Part shown: positions 62,586 through 64,000 of the stretch, piece after piece | Numbering within the stretch: the first letter of the stretch is position 1 | How the letters are laid out: the number at the start of each line of letters is the position of its first letter | Origin: an uncultured Spirochaetota bacterium | Lineage (GTDB): Bacteria > Spirochaetota > Spirochaetia > SZUA-6 > Fen-1364 | Direction of reading: 5' to 3' | Length of the DNA stretch: 64,000 bases | Assembly (NCBI GenBank): GCA_963820525.1 | Contig: CAWGAA010000003.1 | Location: 800,001 to 864,000, forward strand | Made by a program: the position numbers and the translations under genes | The notes under the pieces: generated by a model | Told to the model about the DNA's origin: nothing | The model's input: only the letters and a program-made list of their open reading frames with translations | The model's database searches: none

Positions 62586-62717
62586 AACAGCGGTTAATGC
62601 GCATCGCCGCCCTTCGGGCGGCTCGGGCTTCGGCGCGCTGCGCCGCGCGCCTCAGCCACATGGCCCTTCGGCCTTGTTGGCCTCAGGGCCACGTCTCATA
62701 ACCGCGGCACGTTATGC
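62586..62717. repeat. Outer attC-like site (left box separated by IS1182)
   Basis: AAC-AGCGGTTAATGCG...CTCATAACCGC...GTTATGC. Confidence 0.82.
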
Positions 62718-62721
62718 GCCA

Positions 62722-62761
62722 TTGCACCAGCTTAGATTTTCTGCATAATATGATGTTGGGC
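62722..62761 (+). promoter_or_regulatory. Carrier head: promoter plus inner attI-like site
   Basis: TTGCAC-16-CATAAT-ATGAT-GTTGGGC. Confidence 0.65.
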
Positions 62762-62856
62762 GCACTTCTAATTGTGATGTCACCGTCGCATGCCAGTGGC
62801 GGTTTTTAACGAATGATCGAGTGGCTAACCTCCGCGCGTAGGGGTATACTCAAGAC

Positions 62857-63459
62857 ATGCCAAATATCCTCGCAACGCTCTCAGTCTCTCACATCGTGCA
62901 GGCAATCATCGTAGGCGGCGTGCTGGCGTTTCTCACGGCAAATATCATTATGAACGCCGCGGTCAAGACCGTGACGACGACCGTCAATGGTTGGAGCACC
63001 ACCTTAAAATGCGGCCAACCCGGCAATGGCATCCTCCTGCGGGCCGCATGCGCTAAAATCCTGCCCGCCGTCAATGTGGCGCAAGAGGCCGCGTACTGGA
63101 CGACGACCATCGACAGTGCGGGGCAGACGCTGAACGGCAAGCACGATTACGTCCTGCGCTTTCCGGCAGGACAGCTCCCGCCGAACGATGCCTTTTGGTC
63201 GCTCACGATGACCGATGTTGTCGGTTACATGGTGAGTAACCCGATCGATCGCTACAGCGTCGGCGACCGATCCGGCCTCGTGCCGAACGCCGATGGCTCA
63301 ATCGACATTTATATCCAGAGCACGGCTCCGGCAGGCCATGAGGCCAGCTGGCTGCCTGCGCCGGCAGGCAACTTCAAACTGATGCTCCGCGCGTATCGGC
63401 CCGGCCGCGCTGTCCTCGACGGCGAGTACCACGTGCCGCCAGTCCTTAAGGTGCAATGA
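62857..63459 (+). CDS. DUF1214-like protein
   Basis: GQLPPNDAFWSLTM, NADGSIDIYI, WLPAP and LMLRAY motifs. Confidence 0.82.
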   Translation: MPNILATLSVSHIVQAIIVGGVLAFLTANIIMNAAVKTVTTTVNGWSTTLKCGQPGNGILLRAACAKILPAVNVAQEAAYWTTTIDSAGQTLNGKHDYVLRFPAGQLPPNDAFWSLTMTDVVGYMVSNPIDRYSVGDRSGLVPNADGSIDIYIQSTAPAGHEASWLPAPAGNFKLMLRAYRPGRAVLDGEYHVPPVLKVQ

Positions 63460-63460
63460 T

Positions 63461-64000
63461 ATGAACAGGTTTATTCTGAAACACAAATACCTCGTTACAT
63501 TCGTCATCCTGGCAATCCTTGCATGGTTCGTCTACAGGCAGTTCATTGTGGTGAGGAGCCCACTCTTTCCGTTCGCCGCAGTGGTAGCCATAGTATGGGG
63601 ACTCGGCACGTTCGTTTTCCTTTATTTTTGGCCGCCCATCACGTACAGTGCCTACAAAAGAGCGATCGTTCAGCATGGGTTCGGCGGCGGTCCAATCCCC
63701 GTCAATACGCTTTACGCCATGCCCCATCTCGCTTCGCCCTCGGCGTCAGGCTCCAGCCTATTAGCAACGGGGACCAACGACGTGCTCTACATCGGTGGCT
63801 GGCTCGACCTCTCCAAAGGGCCGCGAGTCCTGCACGTGCCGGACTTCTCCAGGCGTTACTACAGTGTGCAGTTCACCGATCCCTCGGACGGCGCCGACTT
63901 CGCCTATGTCGGCACGCGTACCACGGGTACGCAGGCGGGAGACTATCTCATTACGGGGCCAGGTTGGAAAGGACAGGTACCGAGCGGTATGACGCAGATA
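63461..64000 (+). CDS. DUF1254-like membrane protein (runs off window end)
   Basis: Manual translation: MNRFILK...NDVLYIGGWLDLSKGPRVLHVPD...RYYSVQFTD...GPGWKG. Confidence 0.8.
   Translation, partial: MNRFILKHKYLVTFVILAILAWFVYRQFIVVRSPLFPFAAVVAIVWGLGTFVFLYFWPPITYSAYKRAIVQHGFGGGPIPVNTLYAMPHLASPSASGSSLLATGTNDVLYIGGWLDLSKGPRVLHVPDFSRRYYSVQFTDPSDGADFAYVGTRTTGTQAGDYLITGPGWKGQVPSGMTQI

Larger units (their letters stand above)
26726..64000 (+). mobile_element. Integron-like two-tier cassette array (at least 19 outer units, continues past window)
   Basis: Outer units start at GTT 26726, 28230, 31324, 35545, 37050, 37490, 38995, 40343, 43932, 46401, 47356, 47582, 48799, 49243, 51423, 57199, 58216, 59721, 62711; cargo genes all on + strand. 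Confidence 0.9.

Noticed and set aside
28042..62717. Repeats as a CRISPR array
   Set aside because: Repeats are 70-195 bp, separated by gene-sized units, and no cas genes are present.
1..64000. tRNA or rRNA genes
   Set aside because: None recognised; the branched att folds lack tRNA D- and T-loop consensus.

Overview
The window has two parts. Positions 1-25.8 kb are GC-rich chromosomal backbone, probably from a spirochaete (inference). They hold a MacAB-TolC-like efflux operon, PHP protein, KAS III, glycosyltransferase, SDR, two Wzi-like outer-membrane proteins, htpG, an attenuated trpL-E-GD-CF-B-A operon and an amino-acid ABC transporter. From 25.8 kb to the end is an integron-like gene-cassette array of at least 19 units. 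It lies divergent from a short (265 aa) tyrosine recombinase that lacks the IntI-specific insertion. The array has two tiers. Outer units are separated by long, branched attC-like hairpins, and each unit has its own 15-23 bp terminal inverted repeat with an invariant A/C mismatch at position 11. Seven outer units are 'carriers': they open with a promoter/attI-like site (YATAAT-N5-GTT) and hold classical-looking inner cassettes whose last attC is usually disabled. An IS91-family HUH (Y2) transposase is itself a cassette, present four times including first position. Cargo is rich in putative defence genes. An IS630, an IS1182 and a 314-bp MITE have inserted into the array. All product calls come from motifs read by eye; no database search was run.
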